Shown here piece after piece: positions 1 through 12,860 of a stretch of 64,000 nucleotides of DNA. The notes beneath the pieces are model-generated. The model had not been told where the DNA came from. It saw only the letters and a program-made list of their open reading frames with translations, and made no database searches. A program made the translations under genes and the position numbers. Source of the stretch: Eledone cirrhosa (taxonomy: Eukaryota). Numbering within the stretch: the stretch's first letter is position 1; each line of letters opens with the position of its first letter. Location: positions 52,638,001 to 52,702,000 of the forward strand of contig OZ024740.1 of NCBI GenBank assembly GCA_964016885.1. The letters run 5' to 3'.

Positions 1-129
1 TCATTTTGTATTATATATCCCCTTCTTTTCCGAAAACCGAATGAGTGGGTGAACCCTCGGATATTTCAGTGCGAATAACGGAAGCGGGAAGGGAGGGAGA
101 CACTCGGAGTAACAGATAAGCACCTCTCA

Positions 130-529
130 GCCATTTAAATTTATAGAAAAGCAATCCCTTGATACTGAAGGTTTTGATCAGTCATCATTTTGTACTGTTG
201 TGGAAAGCGTTGTAAGCCTAAGTGTTTCCCAATTTACAAATCCACCATTCCAATGAGGAGTGGCTGTGTGAAAGAGCAATCCTTGCACCCCAAAATATCA
301 ATAAATGCCATTAATCTCTCTCAAATGATCCTTGGAGGTATCCAGACCTATAAATTTATTGGTGCTAAAAACATTGTATATACTGAAGTTCTTAAAATGT
401 TTTAAAATTATGCTATGCAATATTTAAATACCTTTTATTTAAAAGAAAACGGACATTACAACAGATGATAATAGGTGCCTTATGAATAGATTTGAACACA
501 GCATGGGGCGAAAGCCGGGAGGATGCTAG
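130..529 (+). mobile_element. Helitron 3' remnant (helicase fragments and terminus)
   Basis: Translates to SVFPNL...EEWLCERAILAP and KNIVYTEVL, both typical of Helitron Pif1-like helicases. Ends in a GC-rich hairpin (GGCGAAAGCC) followed by CTAG. Confidence 0.7.
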
Positions 530-3241
530 CATATATATATAACGAAAAATTAACAAGTATTATGATTATAGCATTTAATAAATTTACGACCGTTTCGTTG
601 AACTAACAAGAATATTAATTCCTGCAAGAATAAATCCTCCGAATTGATCATATACATATATTCATTTAAGTTTAGTGGTTCACCACTGGATAGAACTGGT
701 CATTCTGTATAGTTAACCATGATATAAAAGTAGGAAAAGCACTCAACATTACGCAACTCATCCATCATTGATGTTGAATCCTGTGGGTGGTGCAGGAACG
801 GAGTTAAATATTAGTTTCATATATATATCAACTGAATATGGCCTCCGATCTTTTATATATATGTACGTTTATGTAATTGTTTTGCAAGATTCTTTATGTG
901 AAATCATTGTTCTATTTGGGGATGATCATTTTGCCAATAAAACAAACGCACTATTGACTTTCACTTCAACTTTATTATTACTAGTTATTGGTTATTTTAA
1001 AACATCTTAAAACACACCCTGCCTCATATGTAGATGACATGATACTCCCAAACCTCTCACCTTTCTATAGACACTCGTGTATATCTACCCTAACCCTACA
1101 TAAAGCACATAGAAACCTGACTGAAATAAATAAATAATTAAAACACACAAAATAGCACACCCTAAATCCACTATCTCCCTTCTTGCCAGCAATTACCCCA
1201 GTGTATTACTGGTACTTTATTTTATCGACTCCGTAAGGATGAAAGGCAAAGTTAACCTCGGCGGGATTTGAACTCAGAATATAAAGGACCATAACTCTAT
1301 ACTACAAAGCATGGTGTCTGACACTACTGATACTGCCAATCCACCATATTACATCAAATAATACTGATCAATACACATAAACATAAATATATGAGATACA
1401 CATCAAAAGAGAGCTCACAAAGAAGATATAATGTGGAAAGGAAAATGTCACCAACATACTAATGCCACATTTAGTCAATGGAAAGAAACAATAACAATGG
1501 TGCACAAACAGTACATTACATCTAGTATTGACAATGCTACTTATACCAAGAATCTAGTCTCTTCACAACAAACCAACTTAAAATAACTTGTACACAAAAC
1601 TGCACTCTATGCATACTCACTGGTTCTACACAGATCACAGGATATGTAAAGGCCATAGTTCATTGACACAGCAAACTTCAACCCATACAAGTCCTACTCC
1701 TACATGAAAAAAAATCACCTCTAAATGCTCAGACATATACAACTTGTCAGAACACTGCTATAACATCATCCCAAATTCATAATCTCTCTCACTCAGACCA
1801 GACACATATACACAGAAAATTGCTAGAACACCAATACCCTCAACAACCCTAAACACTGCTGGGATGCACTCAACCAAAAGTGAATACAGAAAAATAACAA
1901 CTGATGTCTTCTTACTGAGTTCACCTTGCTTACTTCTGCTGAGGCACCTCTAGAATCTGTGAGTGTACAGAAATATAGAGGATAGAGTGCAACATGTCTA
2001 GACTGTTGCATTGCAGTCTATACATTATATAGTAATGTCATTGGCAAAGCAGAAACACAGTATAACTAAGAAAGTGAATATTTTGGTATGTCTCATTGTT
2101 AGGATGACTACTTACATGCCGCGTGATGACTTCATCAGGGTTGTGTTGAGGCTAAATAAAAATAACACTGTTTTTAAAACATGAAAGCCCCCATCTGTAA
2201 TTGCTCAACCTGCTAGAAATAGCAGCCAAATTTTCTTTAAAACATTCTATGGTCTTAAAGAGAAGAGAGGCTTTAGATAATATAGTATTAAATACACTAT
2301 ACTTGGGGAAATGTGATAATTGCTGTGGGAATAACTGAAAATAGATCTGCTCAATTATTCAAGCATGCCATTTAAGAAGCCTCTATAAAGTCATTGGCCC
2401 ACTAGAAAAAGCAGCCAAATTTCTCTCAAATCATACTCTACTGCATTATGCCGGAATAAAAAAGACTGGATGGTCAAAGTTTGAGTACTTCTGTTGAAAG
2501 CGAACTGAGCTGGAACTAAACAAACTTTCTTATGAATTCAGGGTCTGTTAAATTATTCTAATTGTAAACATTGAATACAAATAGTAATGTGTATGGGAGA
2601 GGCAGTTTTTCTGTTATAGGCATGCTCATACAAATCTGCTAGGGGAAAAAAATGTTTGTGTTATCTTCTCTTTCTTTTCTACTGTTACTACAGCAGCCTC
2701 TACTTGAAGCTGGTTGGCCATATCGCTCCAAGTCAGGCACTTCTGGCTCACTCATTTCTCATTGTAGACTGCTCCAACTGATTTTCTCAGGTCAGTCCAC
2801 TACAATACCATCACTATCAATGCTTTACTAGCTTCTGGCTGTTCAAGAGGAACATTAGCCACATAAATCTCATTGGCCTTGCAAAGGCCAATATTTAAAA
2901 AAAAAAAAAGAAAAAATAGGAGTGATGAGGTCAGAGGAATATGTGAAATTAGAGACCTTACAAATCCATGGTAATATGGAAAAACGAAAACAATTACAGT
3001 GATGATGATGATGTTGATGATATATAACACCTCACAAAGATTTCCACCTATATCTGAAACATTTTATAAAATAAGCCAAAGCCAGAATCTTTTATATGGT
3101 CCATTGATCTGCTAAAATTAGCAATATCTACATATACCCTACTGTCTTTACAAAAAAGGAAGGACATATTGGACAATATAATTCTAAATATACAAAAGGC
3201 TGAGAAAACTGGCCAAGATTTAAATAGTCAAATACCTAGCT

Positions 3242-4484
3242 TGAGCGGATGAGTCTCAGTTTTCGCAGCACTGATTTTAATTCCAACCATGCAGCACACA
3301 GTATCAAACCTATCAAGTGCAAATCGGAGATCACCTATTAAGTTAAGTAACACCATTTTGTCTGTAAATGCCAGTCATATCACTTCCAACCTGGTTGCGT
3401 ATGTCAATCCTGTTCAGGAAAATAATGAACAGGAGAGGTGACAGTACACATTCTTAGTGGAGTCCGACTCTCACATTGAATGGTTTCGATTTAGCACCAT
3501 TTATCCGAACACAAATACTTCGGCATTTGTATAGAGCTAGCAGGGCAACAAGAAGCTGACCATTGTTACAATACTCCTGCAGAACTTTCTACAGCAGGCT
3601 ATGAGGAACGTGGTTATATGCCTTTTCGAGGTCTACAAAACAAGAATATACCTCTTGGCAATACTCCCATATCTCGAAGATCTGCCTCAATGTGAATATT
3701 TGGTCGATTGTGCTGTGTCAGGGGCAGAAACCACACAATTCATTAGCTAGCTTGGACTCAATAATCTCCCTACATCTCTTTGCCAGACACTGAGCATAGA
3801 CTTTACCAGCGAGACTTATCAAAGCAATTCCGCTGTAATTTGAACAATCTCTCTTGTCTCCCTTTTTGAAAATTAGGATTATCACTCCTGACTGCCATTG
3901 CTTAGATGCCTTTGTGGAGATCAAGGAAGCCTGTGTAATGCACTCTACATGTGAATGGAGTTCCACTGAAGCAGGTAGAGATGTTAAAGTGTCTCGGGGC
4001 TGTGTACACAAGTGATGGAAAGCAGGAAGCTGAATTAAGTGCAGGAGTTGGTGCAGTAATGTGCCAGCTTCAGCATTTGGTAATCAAAAGAAGAGAGTGT
4101 GCAAAAAAACCAAACTCGCTATCTTCAATTCACTATTTGTGCCAACCCTTACCTATGGTCACGAATGTAATGACTGAAAGAAAGAAAATGATCGCAAATA
4201 CCAAAATGCAGTTCCTCCAAAGGGTCTTTGGAGTAACATTACTCGATAGAGTGCATAGCACGGAGATCGTAGAACCACAACTTCTCTGAATTGAGAGATC
4301 ACAGCTCCAATACTATGCGCATGTGGTTAGAATATCTCAAGAAAGAATCACTGGACAGATTTTAGGGGCAAAACTAACTGGCAGGAGAGCCAGAGAATGG
4401 ATGGTCCCACAGGACACCTGCTGAAAGGAGTGTTTGAGGACTCTGCCCCAAGACCTTCTCAGGAATAATTGGGTGAAGAAGAGG
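3242..4484. mobile_element. RTE-clade LINE with 5' inversion and 12-bp TSD
   Basis: RT motifs on the minus strand at 3242-3925 (FKKGDKRDCSNY, FVDLEKAY, AFTD, KISAAKTE) continue on the plus strand from ~3925 (LHVNGVPLKQVE..KCLG). TSD AAATACCTAGCT at 3230-3241 and 4485-4496. Confidence 0.85.
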
Positions 4485-4958
4485 AAATACCTAGCTGAAA
4501 ATAACTCTCAAAGCATTAGCAGGTTTTAAATTTTATTTTCACTGGATCACTTATGCAAAACAATTAGAAATCTAAACAAACGTATTTGTTTATGAAAAAT
4601 ACTCTGGCATCTCCCACTATACTTGAAAGGCTTATGAAGTGAAGACAATGAATGGAAGCCAGAATGTGAGAGACATGACTGAAGTTGAATACAATTGCTA
4701 TTTTAGAATATAGAATCATTTCACTATGTTGACATTTACACTCACAGTTAGTCATACTTTTCTGCAAAAAAAACTACTGCTAACATGATATAATATTTTC
4801 CCCATTCTTAATGTAGTGGTAAGCCAAGTTCAGGATTAGAATTTCATCCTCCATCAAAACAATTTTCATTCTTGCACTCTTGGAAAAAGCATGAATATCA
4901 CAACCTTTCATTTCTCTTCTATAAATATAATAATTCATAACAGTTATTTTTTTTGTAG

Positions 4959-5245
4959 GTACCCATATTGTGTCTGATATATGGGCAGAATATCTTCAGA
5001 TTGACCAAATCGAACAAGGTATATATACTCAGGAATATTTAGATTATGATTATCCAGATGATACAGAAATACACACCAGAAATATAGAGAGAATGTGGCT
5101 GACAATAAAAAAGGATTTTCAACGAAAGCGAAAAATATTCTTATCTCCATCTTTATTAACAGAAATTATGTGGAGATATCATTTTAAGGATAATGATAAA
5201 TTTTCTGCTCTAATTTATTGTATCAAACACTTATATAAAGTTTAA
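4959..5245 (+). CDS. Merlin-derived gene copy A, last exon (first exon presumably upstream of the window)
   Basis: Acceptor TTTTTTTTGTAG|GTACCCATATTGTGTCTGAT. The open frame GTHIVSDIWAEY...HTRNIERMW...KHLYKV* is homologous to copy D exon 2. AATAAA overlaps the stop. Confidence 0.8.
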
Positions 5246-5289
5246 TAAAGTTAATATTGTATTTTTATTTGTAGTTAAATGTACACAAT

Positions 5290-6500
5290 AGGGTCATTTC
5301 AGTTAAATTCAACAGAGGTCTTCAGATTTTCACCATTTATTGATACCGACAAAAAAAGTAATTTCTTAAAATATTTTCTCCATAGAACTTATCAATCAGA
5401 TTTTATGCCTATTTAAAGACTTGGGCAATTTCCAAAATTTTGAAAATATTGAATTTATTTGATTTTTAGATGCCTAGTAACTTTTATTGGAACTTGATTT
5501 CCTTAATCTCCACCATTTGAAGTTCCTCAGACACTAAAATACAATTGCTTTAAGCTGGCCATTTTAAATAAAATGTTAACTGAAAATTTGAAAAATCTGG
5601 GTCTTAAGGGCTATTTTTAAAAAACTCTAAGTTTAGGTGACTGCTACTGAATAACAACTTTTGAGCATGCCATCTTTTCTAATCATGCAATTATGATTGG
5701 CAAATGAGGCTTCATACTTTTGTTACACATTCTGGAATGGTGGGGTGGAGCAGAAAAATTTCTTCAAGGTATCTATTGATGGGTGATCGTGTCTATCAAG
5801 GTAGTTTTCCCAAAGTGCACTTCCCTTCCAAAGCTCAAGAAAATGAAATGCACTAGAAGTGAGTAATAAAAAAAACAATTCAATGAAAAACAAATGGCAC
5901 CAAAAGCTATTCATAAGCATCATATCTAATCAAACTTTGTACTTCTTTTATTTCATCATAAGAAAAACAATAGAATAGAATAGACCTGTGCATCCAGAGG
6001 TAAGTAGATCAACTTTCTTTATGATGTTCTCGATTGGAATCCAACAGATGTCATACTTACTCGGTCAGAAAAATTGGCTTTTAGGGCCTTTGGGATGAAG
6101 GAATTTCACAGTAATGTCAGTGTCCCACTAAAACATAATTTACCATTCCAAAGTACCAACCATCATTGTACTTACAAGCATAGGAAGACCCAGCTAAAAT
6201 ATCTTCAATTGACATAGTGCTAGCATTGTTTTGCAACAGCAAAGACGAGCAATGCCCAGAAACAAAGCTGGAAAAAAATGAGTATCAGCTGGTAGTTACC
6301 CCAGTGAAGAGTTGCTTGCCTGCAATGACACCTGTGCCATGCTGTATAAGCCTGTGCATTTCCCTTGGACAGCGTCAGTGGCAAGGAGATGGAAGATAGG
6401 CATACATAGATGAGTGCTGGTTTTCCACAAAAGGTCAGTCATAGACAATAGGGTCTTATACATATATCTTTTCCAACAAGTGTGAAACTAACATTTTATA
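5290..6500 (-). mobile_element. Degraded DNA-transposon-like remnant, superfamily unassigned
   Basis: A minus-strand fragment ACKYNDGWYFG...VKFLHPKGP...DICWIP resembles the C-terminus of invertebrate transposon-associated proteins. Many stops; ends not resolved. Confidence 0.3.
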
Positions 6501-6790
6501 TTATTGTACCTCTGTTTTCATCTTGTTTATCTTGAACTACATATATATATTATATCATCTTCATCACTTGTACGTTCACTTTTTCATGTTGGCATAGGTA
6601 GGATGGGATGTTTTGAGACAATGTTTTCCAGCTGGGTGCCCGTTCTGTTGCCAAACCTTTTAGTCAACCCTTATGACGCGGATTTGGTGTACCTATTCTA
6701 TGGTTCAACCGATTCAGTCATGGAACAATGAAAGTTATATGATTATGATTTGTGTGTGTGTGTATATATATATATTTATTGTATAGAAGG

Positions 6791-6841
6791 AGCTTCTACA
6801 GGACTAGAACTGTTTCATTCAGATGAAATCTTCAGGAAGCT
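6791..6841 (-). ncRNA. Type I hammerhead ribozyme motif
   Basis: Minus strand reads AGCTTC-CTGAAGA-tTTCatctGAAt-GAA-ACAGttctagtcCTGT-A-GAAGCT. This gives a 6-bp stem I, the core, a weak stem II, a 4-bp stem III and a GUA cleavage triplet. Confidence 0.7.
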
Positions 6842-7694
6842 GGGTGTCATATTAAGTTCTGGTATTTATACATTTAGGTAGTGGTAAGGGAGGGGTGGTG
6901 GCTGGGGGGGGGGGGGGTATTTAGATACACAGGACCATAACATGGCACATACCGTTTTTTCTTTGGGGAGTGGTCAATTAGCCAAGTGCTTTTGTAAAAT
7001 AAAAAGAAAAAGAAAAGTAAATAAATAAATAAAAATAAATAAAAACCCCCAAGAATAGTAATTCAACAGATATATAGTAGGGAAATTTTTTAGGTGGGTT
7101 GGTATTGTTCTATGGTGAGTGGTCAAGTTAACATACAAGCTACAGGTGGCCAGAGTGTTTTTGTAGAATGAAAAGAATAAAATATATTTACATACTCACA
7201 ACCACATACATAAACACTTACACACACATATATATGTATATCTATACATATATATACACACACAAAAAAAGCACATACACACACATATACACACACATGC
7301 ATACACATACACACATATATATATATACATGTATGTATGTCTCTCAGTATAAACTATTCTATACATACATATACACACACATACATACACATACATACAC
7401 ACAAACACATACATACACACACATATATATACATATATATATATGCATACACACATACAAATACATACACATATACACATACACGCACGCACTCGTTCAC
7501 ACACATATATGTATCTATATATATTGGAAAAAGTAGTGGGACAAATTATAAACTGAGCCTGATAAAAGATTAAAATATTTATTATCACTACTAAATTATT
7601 AATATTATCATCAAGTAAATAATTATTATTTATTATTTACCATTCACTATTTATTACCTATCTTTTATCTTTTATCTATTCATTATTTAATCAT

Positions 7695-8260
7695 GGCAGG
7701 TGGATTGGCAGTATCGGTAGAGGGTCGGACGTCATGCTTTCCAGCATAGTTACGTCCCTTTACGATCTGAGTTCAAATCCAGCCGAGGTTAACTTTGCCT
7801 TTCATCCTTACGGGGTCGATAAAATAAAGTACCAGTAATGCACTGGGTAATTGCTGGCCTTGTGCCTAAAGTAGAAACAATTATTTAATCATGGCAGGTG
7901 GATTGGCAGTCATGCTTTCCAGCATAGTTACGTCCCTTTACGATCTGAGTTCAAATCCAGCCGAGGTTAACTTTGCCTTTCATCCTTACGGGGTCGATAA
8001 AATAAAGTACCAGTAATGCACTGGGTAATTTCTGGCCTTGTGCTAATAGTAGAAACAATTATTTAATCATTCACGGGTAGTGGATTGGCAGTATTGGTAG
8101 AGGGTCGGACGCCATCTTTCGAGCATAGTTACGTCCCTTTACGGTCTGAGTTCAAATCCTGCCGAGGTTAACTTTGCCTTTCATCCTTACGGGGTCGATG
8201 AAATAAAGTACCAGTAATACACTGTTATTGCTGGCCTTGTGCCAAAAGTAGAAACAATTA
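7695..8260 (+). mobile_element. Three tandem tRNA-derived SINE copies
   Basis: Repeated GG..GTGGATTGGCAGT...GAGTTCAAATCC (B box)...GGGGTCGATAAAATAAAGTACCAG...AGTAGAAACA units, each bounded by ATTATTTAATCAT. The same family occurs at ~1185-1345(-), 43970-44252(+, two copies), 57651-57840(+) and 63880-64000(-). Confidence 0.85.
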
Positions 8261-9509
8261 TTTAATCATTCACTTATTAAATGATAAATAAATGAACTAA
8301 CAAACAAACAAATAAATAAATAAATAAGTAAATAAATAAATCTCGAACGTGTGCGTGCAGCAGTTCATAACTGCACGAATGCAAGCATGAGCAGATATAT
8401 ATGTGAATGTGTGTGTAACACAATATAAAGACCTGGAGGGGAGGAAAGAAGGTAATAATGAGAGATGGAGGGGAGGAACGAAGGTAATAATGAGAGATGG
8501 AAGTGGGATGGGGGGTGGGGGGGGGGTCTGTAGTTTTTGTAATTTGCATAGTTCTTGTGCATGCAATTAGGGGAGTGTTCCGAGATCTTGTTGAGGAGAG
8601 GGCCTTTGGCGAATAGAATCTCATAGCTCTCGGAGATACAGAGGTCACAGCAATTATGGCCTCCCGTATAAGATCGCGCTCTCTGGAGTAGTCTCCATTG
8701 GGTCTTGAAGGGGATGGAGTTCCTTTTAAGGTGCCAGATGTGGGCGGCGAGTGTTGTTTGGTTAGATTTGTCTGGGCGCCGGAACGAATGTGTGTGGGCG
8801 TACCAGCGAGTCTTAAAACTGTTAGAAGTCATCCCGATGTACGAGTTCCTTTTTTCATCGGGGCCTGAGAGTACATCGCATATATAGACGAGATCTTTTT
8901 TTAGACAGTTGTTGTTGAGGGGGCAAGTAGTCTTATCAGGGCAATGCAATTGCCATCGGTTGCTGGATGGGCTTCTGAAAAAGTAGACTTATTTAGCTTA
9001 TTGACGTTATTGTTGGCTAAGTTCCTAGCTAGATTAGGTGTGGTAGAGTAGGAGAGTCTGATGGTATTCTTATTAAGGATTGTATAGTACCTATGTTGGG
9101 TGGGGAAGTGTTTTTGTAAGAGAGTGAAGAAAATTTTAGCTACAGGTGTTGAAACTTCGCGGTTGAAGGGGGGGTAGTACCAGCTAATGTGCCTTCGCCT
9201 ATTCTTCCTGGGTGGGCGTGGGGCTATACTAAGGTAGGTGATCTTATCTCTAAAGCCGCTGCGGGCCAGGGCCTCGTTGTAATAGGGGGCTGCTGCTCTA
9301 AAGATATCTTCATTGGCGGCGAGGCTAGATATCCTAATGGAGACACTTTTCACTAGGTTGTCTAATATATTTTTGGGGTGGTTAAAATTAACGTCTATAT
9401 ATCTAAGGGATTCATTAGGTATATATATATAGTGAGAGAGAGAGAGAGAGAGAGAAATAAGCTCTCAAATTCTCAGAAGGCTCACTAGAAGTAGTAGATA
9501 GCTTTTACT

Positions 9510-10035
9510 ATTTAGGTAACCTCATTAACAGTAAATGCGGATGTACTGAAAGTGGTGTAGCCAGAGTTAGAACAGAATGGAAGAAGTTCAGGAAGCTGTT
9601 ACCTCTGTGAGCAACAAAGGGCTTCTCTCTTGGAGTAAAGGGCATATTTATGGTATTTGCATTCAAACTCTAATACTATATCACAGCGAGACATGCATCT
9701 TGAATTCAGAAGATGTGCAGTGACTAATACGAAATCAGGTATGCATACTCTGCTGGATGTCTAATGTGAGTGCATATGAATGAAATATCATACCATTGTA
9801 AAGTTGAGTATGAGGAATTGAATGTAGCATGCAAAAGAGAGCACATTGCACTGGTATGGTCATTCAATGCATAAGGAGATCAGGAGTTATCTAAAAAGTG
9901 CCAAGCACTTAAAGTAGGTGAAAGAGGGAGACCAATGAATAGATGTAGACAAAGATGTGAAAAACAACCTCAAGAAATTGAGCATAATGAAAGAGATGAC
10001 ACAGGACTGGCCATATGCTATAATATACAAGTCCT
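9510..10035 (+). mobile_element. Degraded 3' fragment of the PHD-type RTE-like LINE
   Basis: GGCS..VRTEWKKFRKLL and KGLLSWSKG remnants, similar to 45360-45900. Confidence 0.65.
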
Positions 10036-10915
10036 GCCCACCTGTACTATAATACTAAAATTAAATGTGATAAGAGGCCCCTTTTAATCTTCCCAGAATG
10101 ACCAAGACAACATAGAATAAAGAGGACCCTTTGTACATGTTGAGTACCTGAGAACCTCTCTAGAGGTGTCATGCTAAAATGCACTCAGCACACTCTCTAA
10201 AGTGGTTAGTATGAGGAAAGACATCCAGCCCTAGAAATCATGCCAGAATATGAAGCATATGAGCAAGGCATGATTCTTGAACTAGACTGTAACACCTCAT
10301 CCACCTCGTGTCAGCATGGAAAGCAGTCAGAAAATGATGCTGATGATGACATGCATCATCATCATCATCATCATCGTTTAACATCCATATTCCACGCTTG
10401 CATGGGTTTGGACGGGAGTTTTCCCACTTGAGGCAAGAGTGGTTGTCTTGCTCGCATAGGACTGTCTGGTGGGTTTTCTACGGCTGGATGCCCTTCCTAA
10501 CACCAACCACATTTACAGTGTGAAACTGGGAGATTTTTACCGTGTTACCTACACGGCCACATTACAGCGTTGACTTATAGACGGAGATCAACATGCAGCG
10601 ATGCGATTTCACAAGTTACATCCTTTTGTAGATAAAGTATCCTAAGATAGTGCGGTCCAATAAGCTGAAACTAGTAAAGTATTGCAACTTCGGTCCAAAC
10701 CTCAAGTTTATTTTATGCTTTCTCAAAAAGAAATTTATACTAATTATTTTCAAAAAGAGGGCAATGTTTAACCATATTCGTTTAAAGAAATATTTCTATT
10801 TTAAAATATTTACTTCTTTCCTAATTGTTTTTAAAATAGGCACAAAACAGAAATTCTTTTGGGTGGGGGAGGGTTAGTCGATTAAATCGCACTTGACTGA
10901 TACTTAGATTTACCA

Positions 10916-11131
10916 CAGGGTTTGAAAACCTGGACGATATCGCCCACCTGTGACAATTTCAACTGTTCGGTGGGTGATGAACAACTAAACAGAAAATGGT
11001 GGGTGAATGGAAATTTTGGAGGACGATATACGATTTTTAGTATGCTTTTGAATAGTTATCACATAGGTGAGCAGTAGAAAATATTTCCACGTGAAACTGG
11101 GCCATGACGCAAAAAAGGTTGGGAATCCCTG
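10916..11131. mobile_element. hAT-like MITE inside a SINE remnant
   Basis: Termini CAGGGTTTGAAAACC and GGTTGGGAATCCCTG. Imperfect 8-bp flanks ATTTACCA/ATTTACGG. Confidence 0.55.
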
Positions 11132-11368
11132 ATTTACGGGCACAAATACGATGAAAGTTGAGCACGGCGGAATTTGAATTCAAAACGCAGAACAAATAGC
11201 ACAAGGGACTGACATACGCCCAAACAATTCTGTGAGCAAAATAAAAAAAACTGCAGAAAGTTTTAAATTCATATAAATTGTTTTACGTCCTTCGTAATGC
11301 TAAAGACTTTATACGAAACTAACACTTTTTTTAGAGTAATATTTTTCGTTGTTTAATTTCTTAAAGAA

Positions 11369-12058
11369 ATGCCACGCGGAAGGCCAGCAAACCCTAAAAC
11401 AATATGCACAGACATCGTTGATAAAGAAAAAATTATTCGAGAATCTTGGACGTTTTGTGATCTCTTTCAACGGACCTCCACAAATGATATAACAATTACA
11501 TGGTTGGCGAAATATAAGCTGATAAGCAATTCTGTTACGTGTGTCGTTTGTGGGAAACCATGTTCAGTAATTAGCTCCAATAACAGAGTTGATGGAAAAT
11601 TATGGAAGTGCCCAAAGCAAAACTATCAATCCGTGCGGGGTCCTTTTTTGAAAATAGTCACCTCTCCTTATCCACGTTTATATGGCTTATGTATATGTAG
11701 TCAAGAGAGTATTTACAGTCTGAGATAGCTCATGAGTTAAAAGTGAATAAGAATTCAACTACTGACCTGTTTCGTTACATTCGGGAATTGCTGGAACGGT
11801 TCTTGGAGGACCACCCGACAGAATTAGATGATTATTCTCCTGAGATTGGTGGGTTTGATTAACAGACAGGCGAACCAAAAATCGTTGAAATAGATGTAAA
11901 CAAATTTGTTAAATCTAAATGTAAGGATAAAAAACATGCAAAAGGATTTATGGTTTTTGGTGGGATTGAACGTGAAACTGAAAAATGTTTTCTGGTCCCT
12001 ATTGAGTATCAAAATAAAGACGCTTTCGAAGCTGCAATTATCCGGTGTATTTTACCAG
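11369..12058 (+). pseudogene. Merlin-derived gene copy B, first exon, disrupted
   Basis: Homologous to 41895-42591 but 690 nt instead of 697 (frameshift near 11620). In-frame TGG>TAG near 11698 and TTA>TAA near 11860. The donor CCAG|GTATGG is retained at 12059. Confidence 0.85.
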
Positions 12059-12126
12059 GTATGGTTAGTAAAATCGATTACTTTCATTCATGTCTCGCTG
12101 GTACCTTTCGTTATTTCTTTTATTAA

Positions 12127-12520
12127 CCCTACCTACCAGGGAGGGTGGCAACACAACGCTATTAGCTGTCAGTCCAGTGGAAAACAGGCGAAGGTGACGT
12201 CACTCGTCAACATCGTTTATTTCCGTATTACTACCACGCGTAAGTGGAGTTTTCACGCGTTTTTTTGAGAGAGAGGGGGAAGACTTAAAGGGGCCAAAAT
12301 AGAAAACAAGTCATGGTTATAAAGCATATCGATGTAAGTGGAGTTACTTAAATGAAAATATAGGTGGCCCTTAAAAGGGCCAAATTAGAAAACAAATTTA
12401 AGTTAATTAGAAAACAAGTCATGGTTATCAATGTAGAAAACAAGTCATTCATAAATTTAAGTTTTATAATCAAATTTTTTTCACCAACAAATATGACAGC
12501 TAATAGCGTTGTAGTGCCCG
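12127..12520. mobile_element. piggyBac-like MITE, with an inverted partial copy at 29264-29402
   Basis: TTAA|CCCT start. Internal inverted repeat ACAACGCTATTAGCTGTCA / TGACAGCTAATAGCGTTGT. The second copy ends AGGG|TTAA at 29402. Confidence 0.6.
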
Positions 12521-12553
12521 CAATTCTGTATCTTTACGTATATTGCGCATAGA

Positions 12554-12860
12554 TACGAGGGTTGACAAAGATACTCTCATGGAATGTGACCAAATGAGGT
12601 TTATTTTTCAACATAGTCTCCCTTGCGTTCCACACACTTCTTCCATCGGTGTTGCAGTACTGAGATCAATGTTTTCCTCGATAGTGGCAGTTGTAGGACG
12701 TCCAGACATTGGGTCATCTTCAAGAATCCCCTATCCTTTCCTAAATTCGGCTGCCCACTTTTGCACAAAGGAAAATTGTGGTACAATATTGTAAGGTCTG
12801 CTTATAGCATTATCCATCTTTCAAAAATGAAGGTCCACATTTCGTCGACTTCAATACATT
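12554..12860 (-). mobile_element. Mariner-like non-autonomous fragment
   Basis: TA-CGAGGG terminus. The minus strand encodes RWKKCVERKGDYVEK*, a mariner transposase C-terminus. Confidence 0.75.

Larger units (their letters stand above)
6770..9420 (-). mobile_element. 5'-truncated Penelope-like element (RT thumb/linker, GIY-YIG endonuclease, 3' region with hammerhead)
   Basis: ORFs 8901-9353 and 8365-8949 are joined by a 1-nt frameshift. Motifs CPLNNNCL..DLVY, YIGMTSNSFKTRWYAH, CDLCISE and LLNK.SE...CMH are present. (TA)n at both ends. Extending the element to 6770 is an inference from the hammerhead. Confidence 0.85.

Noticed and set aside
10240-10431. ORF with a poly-His tract
   Set aside because: The tract comes from abutting (GAT)n/(CAT)n SINE tails.
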